A stretch of DNA of 63,905 bases, filler included, from Atractiella rhizophila (GCA_021432655.1; 3 parts of 3 records of this genome joined end to end with filler, not necessarily neighbours in it); one strand, 5' to 3'; counted from the whole stretch's first letter, positions 23,657-36,427 are shown. The notes: generated by a model not told the origin, from the sequence alone. Numbers and translations are program-made.

Positions 23657-26600
23657 CTCTACGAAACGTTTCAGTCCTCCTTCCTCTTGCGCAACCTTGG
23701 CGGAGTCCCTGGTGACCTGCTCACCTTTCTTGCAGTCCTAGTCCACCCTCTTCCTTTCTCTCTACGAGGACGGCAGGAAAACCTAAAACCACTTCTACTT
23801 CTCCTCCTCCTGCAAAACTTTCTAGTCCCTCTCGCCCCCCTCTGAATCCCACCTCAGGGGTTTAGCAAAACTTCCTAATTCCCTACTTCCTCTTCTAGTC
23901 CTTCATCTCCTTCTCTCCCTTCTTCGTGGTCTGTCCGGTGTCCGACGAGGTCTCGCCGGTCATTGTGGGGGTGATGCAGAACAAGGAGTCTCTCTGGGAA
24001 CCTGACCTGATTACTACCACCCTTCTGTCTGTCTTAGCGGACTAGGAGAGGTTTACTGCGGAGGAGTTCTATAGGGACGGGGACGTCGAGGAGGTGGTCA
24101 GCTTTCTGCGATAGGACTTGCTGTCTCCTCTGGTGGTCAGCTCAAGACCTTCCGTGGATTCGACGGGGTTGGTGTCCTCCTCTCGAGACTCCTGCTCAAC
24201 CGTTACGACCGATTCCTAACAACCTAATAATGCCTCGGACTTCGCAACCTCACACCAAAATACCTCCAATGACTTGTCCGGTACCGATGTCCTCACGTCC
24301 TAGTGTAGGGGTTCTGTATACGTCTTCGGTACTTCTGAGGTCTCCGCTTTGTTACCGTACTCCGCTGCCACTTCCTCCAAGTTCGCGTGAACCTGTTGTT
24401 CTCAACCCACGACCATTTCGGTGGTTTCCCTCGTTTTCAGTAACCTAGGTCTACCCACAAACGATAGTTCTTCTTCAGACTACCGAGTTAACTCGCAATA
24501 TTCCGATCTAAGCAGTAGTTCCCGAAGAGGGTCGCAGGACCTAAGCTGAAGAAGCTGTGGAAACGTAGGTGTCAGTTTACCCGGTGAGAGTCTTGGTAAG
24601 AAAGCGAACGGACACAGGACCTGTACCTTGACCTTAGTCACCTGTAGAGTTGACGCAAAAACTTGCCTCTTTACCTGCGACTTCAGATACGGTTCGTCGG
24701 TCTTCCAGTGGGAGTTCCAGGAGGTCTTATGCGAGAGTTTGAGGAGTTTCGTTAGATACCGTGGTCCGTTCCTCCTGCAGTTACCGTCTTCTTTGACCTG
24801 TCCCTCGAGCACAGGTACCCGAAGTGGTTCCAGTTCACACTGTCGTTAGAGACCTAGATGAACTTACCACTTCAGTTCCACTAACAGGGTCAGAAACACC
24901 TGCTATATTGCTAACGATCGTGCAGGTTTTCGCGACACCTCCTCAAGTTCTTCCTCAATCCTTTCTCTAAGTTCGACTCCCTGGAACCTCGGTGCCTTAA
25001 AAAACGAACCTCACTCCTAATCCGCCCTATCCTTCGTCTTCTTCTACACCAACCTAGTCCTCGTTATGCAATTCCTGGAAGAGAAAGCTGTCTTCTACCT
25101 ATCGACGTTCGGACACGAGTGAGGGGAGTCACAACCGGTACCAAATAGCTTCGTTCTGACAGGAGTCTGGTTCCTTCTACTTCTTGTCTACGCTTGGTAA
25201 GGGATGTCGGTACAACACCCCAGAGAGTACATGGAACGTCAACGGTGTGCGGGACTGTAGCGGGTGTGAGTTCCTATGACCGGCCAGATGACCTCCTATG
25301 GAGAATTGACAGCCTCCTCCTCGTCACTCGACCTCATCGTTCAACGTCAGAGAACACCGTGAGAGTTGGTGCCTCCGACTCATGTAGAGTCCCCATAGTC
25401 GTCCTGTTCTCCACCAAACCGACTCTTCAGAAGACGTTCTCTAACCGAAGCGAGGTTTTCCAAGCTGTTGTGAAAAGTGCCTGTCGTTGTCGCGAAACGT
25501 TCAGTCGTTCTTAGGACTCGTGGTACCTGCGTACTTCATGAACCTAGAAGCGAAGATGACCGAGTCCCTGTGTCATCTTAGACCTGAGTAGTGGGGTCGG
25601 AAGACGGGACCGCTCAGATACGGACACCTGGAGGAGTGGTTCCGAAATGGTCAACGACCGCAATGTTTTAAGGCTCTTTACTACCCAGACGCGGGGATGG
25701 GTTCACATACTCCGTCAATACCCCGCGTTATTTTGAGACAGGAGGAAGACCCCCAATATTCTGCGGCGAAATTCGCCATGCTCCTAGAGAGATGACCAAA
25801 ATCTGTAAATTGATTATACAAAAGAAACACACTACAGTGAAGTACTACGGAAGTAAGCCACCCTCGAAGTAACCTACCAATAAGACCTACCAAGAGCCTG
25901 AACCACCCTCGAAGTTCTTCGCCGACGGGTCCACCCTCACAACCTAATCCACAATATAAAGACAATACAAACACACCAGTCGGTGGAAACAACACAAACG
26001 AAGTAAAGCCTCAAAATCGGGGGATCCCCCGTCAAATCCGCCAGTAGTAGAAACTGGTGGTTAGAGACAGGGGGTCCATACACAAAGGGATAGTTATAGT
26101 AGTAGAAACTGGTGGTTAGAGACAGGGGATCGAGGTAGGTCGTAGTCTAATAGAGTGCCACCGGTACTAACTACTCCTTCAAGTCGTAGGTGTCAGCGTT
26201 CTCGTAACTCCTATCGGCGGTAACAGGCGAGGTCCAAGTATTCTTCCCACGAGATAGAAAGAGTACTTGTTACCTTTACCGTCACTCTTAACGCATGGGC
26301 GTAGAACTGTAAGCACGCCTGGAAAGGAGGGTCGACTACTTAGTTTCATGCTTCCGGTAGTAGGCTGTTCCACAGACGGACCTTAGGCCTGACCTTCGTC
26401 CCGTTACATTCCTCTCAGCCTCTCCCTGCCCGCTCGCAAAGGAATTAGACGTTAACTTGACGAAAGCTAAGAGCCACGAAAGATTGTGGAAGTACCTGTT
26501 CGTGAAACGCCAGTTCAGCTCCCTAGCCACCTTCCTTAGAGAGTTGGTAAAGCGATAAAGTCTGCCATATCCGTAAATTTTACATTATTACAAACAAACC

Positions 26601-27805
26601 CAGACGACAAGCTACGACTTAGCGTGCGGAGGCGACAAGTCAGCAGAAGGCAAGAACTGCATCGTCAAGTTTAGGTAGCAGCTGCGTGGGACGATAGACC
26701 GTCCGTACGACTTATAACTGTTAGGGAAACTAAAACAGGAAATTCCTAAATCATGGAAAATTTGAACCTCGTTACTGAATGATGACTTAGCTCAGTGCTA
26801 TTAACGCCTCTCCCATCATTCTCTCCTTCGACTACCACGAACATGGTTCGAGGACACTTCGAGTAAACTGTCGGTATATACACCTCAAGAACTAATAAGA
26901 CGGGCCGTGCTATCAGCTGGCCGACGTCTTCTTCGTAAGCCAGCTGCGCTTTCTACATTCCTATGACTCTATCGCTTACATTCGTTCCTTGGGCTCTGCT
27001 CTCCTCAACTTCTCTCTCTGTTGCATGTGCAAGGAGGCCGAGATGGTCCTATTTACAAGGCCACGCGTGGAGGAGAAGTCTCACTCGTTATTGACTTGCC
27101 TGAACTTCTACCAACTTTAGCGCTTTCGACAATGGTAGGCTACTATCTCCTTAACTCCCGACGTCGAATACTTTTTACCACAGGTAACACAATCAACATC
27201 ACACAACAAAACCAGTAGACGGAGAATACTGAACATACTCAGTAGTGATACATCAAATCAAAACGGATCCTCACAACCACGAGTAGTAACTGGTGGTTGA
27301 TGAGGATCCATACAGAGAGATATGAAGTAGTTACGGAGTAGTAACTGGGTGGTTGATGAGGATCGGAATCTAGGGAATGTGATCCAAGATAAGTCTTACG
27401 AATCGAACCCTGGTCCCGTTCACCGGCCAAGTCGTTTCGAGTTCTCTGAGGGAAGCTCTACAGCTCTGAGACCGATGACCGCAGACTCGTACTCGGATAT
27501 ATCCATTACAGAAAAAGGGCAAAGCAAGACGTTTACAGAGAGAGTAACTATATATCCCGTCGTACGAAGTTCAAGGAATCACCGGCTAGGTGCGGCACGA
27601 GAAAGAGTCGATGAAGTTTCACTACGCCTACGTAGACGGGAGAGCATATGGCCATATGTTTCACATTCCTAGATTCCGATCCTCACCAACCACCAGTTAT
27701 TATTCGTGTAATCTCTTCATATCTCTCTGTATGGATCCTCACCAACCACCAGTTATTACTCGTGGTTGTGAGGATCCGTTTTGATTTGATGTATCACTAC
27801 TGAGT
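23657..27805. other. Segment stored as complement without reversal; contains copia RT-RNaseH (~24310-25711), PPT, LTR type B (25939-26156) and LTR type A copies (27189-27380 and ~27663-27805)
   Basis: The base-by-base complement read left to right gives PKTYAEAM...WVFAIKKKSDGSIERYKARFVIKGFSQRPG, VDISTAFLNG, PVFVDDI, PYSHVVGSLMYLAVATRPDIA, QSLVALSTTEAEY and GLRPYPSV*, plus LTRs matching those elsewhere in the window. Confidence 0.93.
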
Positions 27806-29702
27806 CCTCTCATCAAATTTCGCAATATCTCGAGTGTAGACCTTCTTAGACACTGGATCCCAGAAATCCCAGCCTTTAGCGTTGGTAGAGTAACCTATAA
27901 AGGCACATCTGCGTGTATGGGATGCCAGACTGTGCCGTGCCGTCTTTCTTCCTTCTGAACTTGGACATAGGCAGTGGAGCCTAGGACTCTGAAATGTGAA
28001 ATATCGACCAATTGTCCTGTTAATTTTGTGTAGGGAATGGACTGATTGATGGAGGAAGAGGGGGATCTGTTCCTGATGTGAACAACAGCCGAAGCAAGGT
28101 GAGGCCAGAGGAATAATCAAACCAGATTCCTCCAGTATCGCCACCATACCCTCCTGAATCGTCCTATTTGCTCTCTCTGCTCTCCCATTTTGATGAGGAG
28201 AGTTCCTAATCGTTTGCTCACGCTGGATGCCACAATTTCGAAGGTATTCATTGAAATCTGCTGAGGAGTACGCGCCTTCTTTGTCCTCCCTGAATCTCTT
28301 GATTTTCCTTCCAGTCAAGGTCTCCATCATAGCTTTGTACTCCTTAAAGCATTGAGGTGCTTCTGACTTCTTCCTGAGAAAAGCAATTGTCCAGTGACTT
28401 GTTGCCTCGTCTATAAACGTCACCCAATAGCGAAATCCTTCTCTTGAAGCAACTGGGAGCGGTCCATGAAGATCTGAGCTGATCCTCCCTAAAATTTCCG
28501 TCTCCCTATTCTCTGCAGCCTTGTTGTAGATCCTATGCTGCTTCCCAGCGATGCAGGGCTCACAGATGGGGTCAGGAGCGTCCTCTGAGTCCAGAATCAT
28601 TCCTTTCACGAGTCCTTTCTTCACCATTCGCTTTACATCTTCATGATTCAAGTAGGCAAGTCTCCTGTGCTACAGGGAAGCGTTTAGAGGGGTAGTGGAG
28701 GCATGTGCAACGAATTCTGAGGCCATGAGCGTTCTTCCATCGATGATGGCACTCATGTTTCCTCTCCTGTGGTCAACGGTCGCTAAGAAGCAGAGATTTC
28801 CAGCCTTGAGGAAGCGTACTCTGCTCCCAATGATGGTCACAGTTACACCTTCGAAGATTGTGAGCTTGAAAACAGATAGGAGATTGCTGCACAATTTGGG
28901 GACGTGTAGGACATTCTGAATGGTGACCTTCTTCGACTTTTTATCCTCCAATTTCGCCTCAATCACCACTTCTCCTATCCCAGTAGACCAGATCACTTCT
29001 CCATTCGCAACTCTGATGGGTACAACGTGTTTTTGATAGGATTTGAAGAAGTGGGAATGTGGAGTCATTGATGAAGTTGCTCCTGTATCGATAATCCAGT
29101 CAGTCCCAGCTTTCTGGTGACTAATGGTATCATCTACCGCTGCATAACTGGTCTCTCCAGCGAATTCTGGCTTTTCCGTTCGACTTTGGCTTCCTTCACC
29201 GCTTCCAGCTTGCCATACTTCGATCTCTACTTCTCCAACTCGATCCTATTGCGTCCAGAAGCAGTTTCTGGGCAGTGGGAGACGAAGTGGCCCTTCCTGT
29301 GGCAGTAGTTGCACACAGATTGCGAAAAATCTCGAGTTCCTCCTCTTCCACCACCTCTGGGATGCCATCCTCCTCATCCTCTGTTGCTGCTGGACACCTG
29401 ATTTGCCATTTGATTGTTGGAGATGGCTTCCTCTGAGTTCTTGGTGGCTTGGATCGAGTAGAGTGCTTGTTTGATTGATTGGAGGTCGGTGGATGTCATC
29501 AGGGTTAAGTTCTGGACGAAACTAGCGTATTCTGGGCCTAAGGAGCGAATGAGAGCGAGGGATTGGAGATCTTCCTTCAAATCATCGAGGGAATAGTCCT
29601 TGGAGAGCGTGTTGGTGAAGTCTAGAAGCAGCTGGTCGCTTCTGGCACACAGGGTAATCAGAGATTCGCTTTCCTTCTTCTGGAGGGCAAGGAGGGTGTT
29701 GA

Positions 29703-29892
29703 TGTAAGGATCTAAGGCTAGGAGTAGTTGGTGGTCAATGATGAGGCATTGATGAAGTATAGAGAGACATACCTAGGAGTAGTTGGTGGTCAATGATGAG
29801 CACCAACACTCCTAGGCAAAACTAAACTACATAGTGATGACTCATACGAGTCATAAGAGGCAGATGACCAAAACAACACACTACAACTAACA
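29703..29892 (-). mobile_element. Solo LTR type A inserted in copia gag, 5-bp TSD GTTGA
   Basis: GTTGA at 29698-29702 and 29893-29897; removing the LTR and one TSD copy restores STRFTALNTLLALQKKESESL. Confidence 0.92.
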
Positions 29893-30388
29893 GTTGAGGG
29901 CAGTGAAACGAGTTGAGGTGCGCTTCTGTTGGTGTATGTCTTGAAGGGTGGACCAGATCTTGACTGGATCTTGAAGGACAGAGACGACATGGGCTTTCTG
30001 GGTTGCTTCTAGGCTAAGGAACAGGATTCCAGCCGCTTGGTGAGCTGTCCTTTTGCCACTGCTTTTGCTCCTTCAAATCTTCTGGTTTTGTCTCTACTCC
30101 AGAGACTATCTCCCATAACCCCTTTCTCATCAATTCTGCCTGCATATCAATGCACCAGGTGCCATAGTTCTTCTCTCCAAGGGGGGTAATCAAAATTTTA
30201 TTTTCTTCGGCCATGGTGATAAAATTCGAGTTTGGATCGTCCGATCTTCGTAGAAATGGGTGGATATAGGCGTAAGGGGGTCTCGTTTATGATCCCAAAG
30301 TTTCAAACCGATTGGACAACGGATGGCTGAGTGATCAAAATTTTCAACCAAGTGGGTGGCAAAACTGATCTGTCAATCCCTAGCCACC

Positions 30389-30401
30389 GCTCTCGCTACC
30401 A
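30389..30401 (-). promoter_or_regulatory. Primer binding site TGGTAGCGAGAGC (probably tRNA-iMet)
   Basis: Directly follows the CA end of the 5' LTR; TGGTAGCG matches the start of the Ty1 iMet PBS. Confidence 0.7.
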
Positions 30402-30567
30402 TGAGAGAATCTGATGCTGGATGGAGCTAGGGGACAGGGATTGGTGGTCAAAGATGATGACCGCCTAAACTGCCCCCTAGGGGGCTAAAACTCCGAAGTA
30501 AAGCGAACACAACCAAGGTGGCTGACCACACAACACAAGACCATGAAATATAACACCTAATCCAACA
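30402..30567 (-). repeat. Copia 5' LTR type B (166 bp)
   Basis: TGTTGG...CTCTCA on the minus strand; homologous to the complement of 25939-26156. Confidence 0.85.
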
Positions 30568-30813
30568 ATGGTAAGGATTGCACCGCAATCAGGATGGTTG
30601 TGGAGAGCTTTTTTGATGCTGTGTGCTTGAGTCACAGTTCCACCAAACTTCGGCAGACTGAGCATCAAATTTGTTCTGGGTGGCACTGACCTTTTTGATT
30701 TGAGCTTCAGACAGCCAAATTTCTTGCCCGTCGACAAGTTTTTTGGTGGGCATCGCATCAACTTTTTGATTTCACATTTTCCAGTTGGAAACCTGGTGTT
30801 GTCGCTTTTGGCG

Positions 30814-31576
30814 TGTACAATCCCTCGTTGCTCTTTCTACCACGGAAGCGGAATATGTCTCAGGAGTCTCAGCTGGCCAAGAAGTTGTCTGGCTAAGGAA
30901 TCTTTTAGAAGAAATCGGCATCGCTCCTCAAGGTCCTACAGCTCTCTTCACAGACAGCAGCAGCGCTCTACAGGTATCCAAGAACCCTGAGCACCATGGT
31001 CGAATGAAACACCTGGACCTTCGCTTTTATTGGCTCAGGAATGTTGTTGAGATGGGCAAGATCAGTCCAGTCTTCTGTCCAGGGGTCAATATGCCAGCGG
31101 ACCTCCTTACCAAGGCACTTCCGGTCGCCAGTGTGGACAAGTTTCGAGTTATGATGGGTTTGCGCCCCTACCCAAGTGTCTGAGGCAGTTATGGGGCGTA
31201 ATAAAAATTCCTTTCCTCCTCTGTGGGGTTATAAGACGCCGCTTTAAGCGGTGCGAGGACATTCCCTCTTCTTTTCACTGAAAAAACTAATATGCTTTCT
31301 GCTTTATATCGAGTATACATTGTGTGAATTTGGTGGGAGATTCTCTGGATTTGGTGGGAGCATCAAGAGACAGCTGCCCAGGTGGGAGTGTTAGTTGTAG
31401 TGTGTTGTTTTGGTCATCTGCCTCTTATGACTCGTATGAGTCATCACTATGTAGTTTAGTTTTGCCTAGGAGTGTTGGTGCTCATTATTGACCACCAACT
31501 ACTCCTAGGTATGTCTCTCTATACTTCATCAATGCTCATTATTGGCCACCAACTACTCCTAGCCTTAGATCCTTAC
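30814..31576 (+). mobile_element. 5'-truncated copia: RNase H end, 3' UTR, PPT, LTR type A (31389-31576)
   Basis: QSLVALSTTEAEYV...FTDSSSAL...HHGRMKHLDLRFYWLR...MPADLLTKAL; GGTGGGAG + TGTTAG...CTTACA. Confidence 0.9.
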
Positions 31577-33230
31577 AATAAATGCCCGAATATAGAAAAT
31601 AATGCTGACATAACTTTCTCCATTACTATCAGAATCTTCTGTATCATCCTGACTGTAGTTCATATCGCCATCTAATGAAGTCTCCGTCGTAGGCCCTTTA
31701 TCTTGCTGATCGACCTTATGTTTTCGAAACATATGACGATGCACCCATTTCCCACTGTGGGAATCCTTCCTGCATCTATTACAAGTACACCATCAATAGT
31801 TCTTAGAAGGGTGCATTGGTCTACTCTGTTGGATTAACCACTGGGCTAAAATGACTAGTCATTTACCAACAGTGCAGATTAACCCTTTGTACCCAAGTTC
31901 AACATACTCTCCATCATAATGATCCTCTATCTCTGTTTCTGAGCTGTTACCGACAATATAACCAAATACGTCCAACTAAATAACCAAATACGTCCAACTA
32001 ACTTCTCAGTTAAGTATATTCTACGTAAACAATAACCTCTTTAAACATCACATTTCTCTCTTTCAAACTGAAGGTGTAATGGTTTCTGAAGATTATTCAT
32101 CAGATGATCAGGAAAGCGAGCATTCACAGGAGGATCTGGATTTTGCACTTGGAAATAGCAAGGGGATAGAAGCTTCTTTCAGTGAGCGCAAAAGTGGTGT
32201 TGATTTTGCAGCCGGTCCGTTCTTTCTTGTTCTTGTTTCACTGTGGAATGGGTATTAAAGGTATTGATTTAGGTGTGCCGTCATCAAACTTCAACTTTCT
32301 CACACGTTCAAGCAACATCTCATCGCGTACCCCAATCTCTCGACTATCTACCCCATCCAGGGATTCACCAGAACCATCCCATCCTTCTCAACTCTGGAAT
32401 TGTCATCTCAACCTCAACACTGTAGAGGGTCAAGGTCGTTCACACCTAGGTTCGCCGATATCGCCTCACCATAATCTAGACCTTTCAGAGCCCCCAAATC
32501 TTTGGCAAATCTTGGCCAGTGTCACAACAACTGATCTTCTTGCTTTTAGTCCTGTGTATCAACGAGCACATGATGAGAATATAGCTGTGCAGACCAAGAT
32601 TAGGGTTCTCAGATCCGTTCTCCCATCTGCACTTATTAGTACACATCATGATGCATATGCAATGGGCATGTTAGATCGCTATACGACAGCTTTAAAGATT
32701 ACAATCGCACACCACCTCCAGCTCAGCCACTGCCTCATCCTCATGAATCCTCCAGTCGTCATTTAGTCTCCCAGAGCCATACCAAAGCAGTTCTGATGCT
32801 ACCGCGATTCCAAGATTTAACTGAGTTGATTTCCCCATGATAACCTGCTGGACAAGTGCGGAATTCAAGGCTTGGAATGATGTTTACAAGAAGCTCAGAA
32901 AAGATGTGCGGAAAGGAACGACACAGGACTTCATTCAGGGTGAAGACGGCCAACCAATCTCACCTATCCAAACCGAGCAGATCAGGGAATGGATCGGTCA
33001 GCGGTTTCTTGGAAAGGACTACAGCTAAATAGTCTCCACGTATACCAATCAACTCTTACACGTGTTCATCAAACATTTTCCTCTCCTCGGCTATTGTGAT
33101 GGTTATTTCCAAGCTCTCTATTTTCTCAATGCCGCAAGCTATACTAGGAAACGGAGTATTGTACGGACGGAGAAGAAAGCACAGATCAAGTTTGAACTGA
33201 AGGATGCCAAGCCCATCTTGAAGAATACCG

Positions 33231-33460
33231 TGTAAGCATCTAAGGCTAGGAGTGGTTGGTGGGCAATAATGAGACATTAGAGAAGTATAGAGAGACATAC
33301 CTAGGAGTGGTTGGCGGTCAATAATGAGACATTAGAGAAGTATAGAGAGACATACCTAGGAGTGGTTGGTGGTCAATAATGAGCACCAACACTCCTAGGC
33401 AGAACTAAACTACATAGTGATGACTCATAAGAGTTATAAGAGTCATAAGAGGCAGATGAC
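33231..33460 (-). mobile_element. Partial LTR type A with the internal 55-bp unit duplicated
   Basis: Starts TGTAAGCATCTAAGG; units at 33246-33300 and 33301-33355. Confidence 0.85.
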
Positions 33461-34559
33461 TTCAAGCCAGTCTAAACTGCTGGACGTCTTTTCGAAGCAC
33501 GAGTGGATTAGTTAAGTGTGAACAGCAGTATGTTTCTGTACTTGCTACGTAGTACATTATCGATATTCCATGAGTTTAGATTTACGGGACTTAACCTAGA
33601 TTGCTATAAAGTGAGGCAAAAGGAGCTCCTCCAACTCTCAAACCAGATGATATTGAACACCCTGAAGTAATTGTTATGGCTGTCCGTTCTGAACGACAAA
33701 ATTATTTGCAACAGTTTGATACACAAAAATAGTTTATTTGCAATTGAGAAGGGGATTGTTCCTCATATTCAGAGAGTAGCCAGAGGAGACTGTGAGTTTG
33801 AACAATTTTATTAAAAAGAAAGGGAATTTACTAACAATGTATTATTAAGCAGCAATCAAAGTATTCTGGACACTCCCTCCACCAGTGAAAGTGACGTACA
33901 CAAAGCCAACAAAGAAGGGTAACCTCGGAGCTGAAAAGACTTGTGGTCAATGCAAGAAGCAAAAGGATGGGTATGGTGAGAAGAATACAAACAATCACAA
34001 GCGCAACATCTGTGACAACAACTTTCTGTATTGGTCCAAGGTCCTGTACCCACTGCCAAAGACCAACTTATACAATGTCCTACTTCGTAAGAATATGTTG
34101 GGGAAGTGAAGCATAGATGAGAATGTGGTAAAGAAGTTTTTCACAGATATCAAGGATGGGAAAGTACCAGATGTTGATCAATTGGTGGAGATATTGAACA
34201 TGCGAGTTTTTATGGCAATGACATGGGTAGAGGGACTAGGTTTTGACAAAAGAAAGGTTGCATATTAAAGCGGGATGAGAAAGTAGTGGTTCATTTAGTG
34301 AGTAGTCAGAGGCAAATAGATATCCTTTGTGATTTCAGTCGGGACATATAAAGCACCAGCTTCCACTTTTGAAATTTTTTATAAATATCACATCAACTAT
34401 TATAAAACAAAGGCAAATTTTGAGCTTTTATTTGATCAATTACAACTGCAGTTGCAAGAGGACGGAATGCACAGTTACAGATTCATGCAATGTAAATAAT
34501 GTGAGTTCATGCTCTGCTTTGTTAATATCCCCTCAATGCTAATAATCCTCATACGTCAT

Positions 34560-35200
34560 GATAGCTAGCTCTCAGGCCCTGCATTCAATGCACTTATGCC
34601 TGAGATACAATGGATAATGGTGAAGTAATAGGGAATCTTATCTTTGACATATATAGGGTGTGTATGTTTTCCTCTGCTGTTTTTGATGTTCACTCAAACT
34701 CTCAAACTTATTACGCATCATACATAGTAATATCTAGCCCTCTGGCCCACCACTCACCATGCTTACATCTTAAATACGATGGAAAATAGCGAAGCGATGG
34801 TGGAATTGTATTTTTGACATATATATGAGGTGTGTATTTTGTCATCTGCTTTTTAAATATTCACTCATTCTCAACACATATTACATGTCGTTGAAGCTAC
34901 ATCACAGGCCTTCCATTCATGCTGCTTACATCTAAAATACGATGAATAGCGGTGAAGCAATGGAGAATTACAATTTTTGATATGTATGAGGTGTGTATTT
35001 TTTCCTCCAATTTTTTGATATTAGCTCATTCTTACTATGAATTATACATCGTTGTAGCTGGCTCTCAGGCCTTCCATTCGCCCCACTCACTCCTGAAATG
35101 TGATGGATAATGGTGAAGTAATAGCAAATTGTATTTTTGATATATGAAGATGAGTTTTTTTTTGCACTGCTTTTTAATGTTCACTCATCATTATTACATG
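34560..35200 (+). repeat. Degenerate AT-rich tandem repeat, ~4 units of ~165 bp
   Basis: Recurrent tggtgaagtaata / tttgacatatat / gtgtgtatttt / ttcactca motifs near 34618, 34787, 34950 and 35111. Confidence 0.65.
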
Positions 35201-35373
35201 TTATACAGGGCAACAACAGCATCATATACGCTATGTTCAAGCTGCTTAACAGGAAAACACATTGGGTATTGATGTCAGAAGGTGTGATCACATTTCAAGT
35301 TTCCACGTACCTGTATTTGTTTTGTTTTTTTTTGCTTCAGAGACAGACACATGCCATTTCATAGACCCTGGAT

Positions 35374-36427
35374 TAGGGATGGCTATCGTACCGTATCGTC
35401 GTCTCAGCACCACTTCCAGACGGTACGTGTCCCTGTCTCAGCTCGTATTGTACTGTAACAAATTTCCATTGTCAGATACGTACTAGTACGGCGGAAAACG
35501 GGAGAATACGACGGATTACGGGTTATATGGCATATAGCAATTCCATCACGTCTTAAGTATCACGTGTCACACTTTCGTCACTTCTGACCGGCTCTGCAAC
35601 GTCATCCTCCAATGTCATCAGCTCCATTTGCAAACTCTGTAAGCTGAGATTTCCGAAGGAAGCATGCAATGTGATCCTGAGCATGATAAGGTCGTGTATC
35701 TCAGTATTCTAGACAATGACAGCAAATACCTATGGTATCATGAGCATCAGAGAAGATGTGCTTGACTCCCACAGCACAACATATAGCACTGAAAAACCTG
35801 AAAACAAGTGAGAACACTTTAGGGAGACACGTTCTGAAATAGCCAGAATATCTCGAGCCAGAAAAGACAAGTTGTGCAAGTTGTGCTTTGACTCTTACTT
35901 CCAAAAGGAAAGTGGATCAGCTCCCAAGCCAGGGTTACATGCTTGAAGAGATGGTTAATTTCCTTCATTACTCTATTTTCATCCGCTGCCGCCTTTGGAC
36001 CATGACCGATAGAAGCAAGATAATCGAGAATGGAGAGAGTCGAAGACGTTTATATGTTTGAGGAGAGGAAGGATGTGTTATCGGTGCGAGTGCTCGTCTT
36101 GTTTCATAAGCTGCAGCCTCAATGTGTCAGTTTTGTTGAAGAATCTAAGAACGTTGCAAAGGAAGCATGGACCATGGATTGAGAGTATGCAACTGTGTCA
36201 GACCATCGCCTCCACTGTCCTCCTTTGTAACCCATTGCTCTAGCTGCAAATTGCCTTCCTCCACCGTAACCCGTAATACGACGGATTTTCTGGATGAAAA
36301 CGGACGGGACGTGGAGGATGGCGTATCGTATCGGATCGTCCCGAAGAACAGTCAAGCAGGACGGACGGGTACGGTACACGTATCGGACACGTACGTCTGG
36401 GACGGTGCGATCCGATTGCCATCCCTA
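35374..36427. mobile_element. Non-autonomous hAT-superfamily DNA transposon (1054 bp)
   Basis: TIRs TAGGGATGGC(T/A)ATCG; 8-bp TSD CCCTGGAT at 35366-35373 and 36428-36435; subterminal ACGG/CCGT-rich motifs at both ends. Confidence 0.88.

Larger units (their letters stand above)
27806..30567 (-). mobile_element. Ty1/copia retrotransposon 5' half (LTR B, PBS, gag, protease, integrase), disrupted
   Basis: gag MAEENK..NYGTW..MQAELMRKGLW; zinc knuckle CNYCHRKGHFVSHC; protease WIIDTGATS; integrase CEPCIAGKQH, SDLHGP, YWVTFIDE, PHQNGRAERANRT; premature stops and frameshifts. Confidence 0.92.

Noticed and set aside
23513..27784. ORF-track ORFs in the 23.5-27.8 kb block
   Set aside because: Translations of mirrored sequence; the real information is in the non-reversed complement
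27240..27805. Apparent MITE with ~140-bp terminal inverted repeats
   Set aside because: The arms are two oppositely oriented LTR A copies (in complement form), not TIRs, and no TSD was found
28668..28672. TGG-to-TAG stop in the copia pre-integrase region as evidence of RIP-like mutation
   Set aside because: A single site cannot establish a mutation spectrum
31958..32001. 22-bp tandem duplication (a similar short one lies near 62233-62265)
   Set aside because: Ordinary slippage duplications with no further structure
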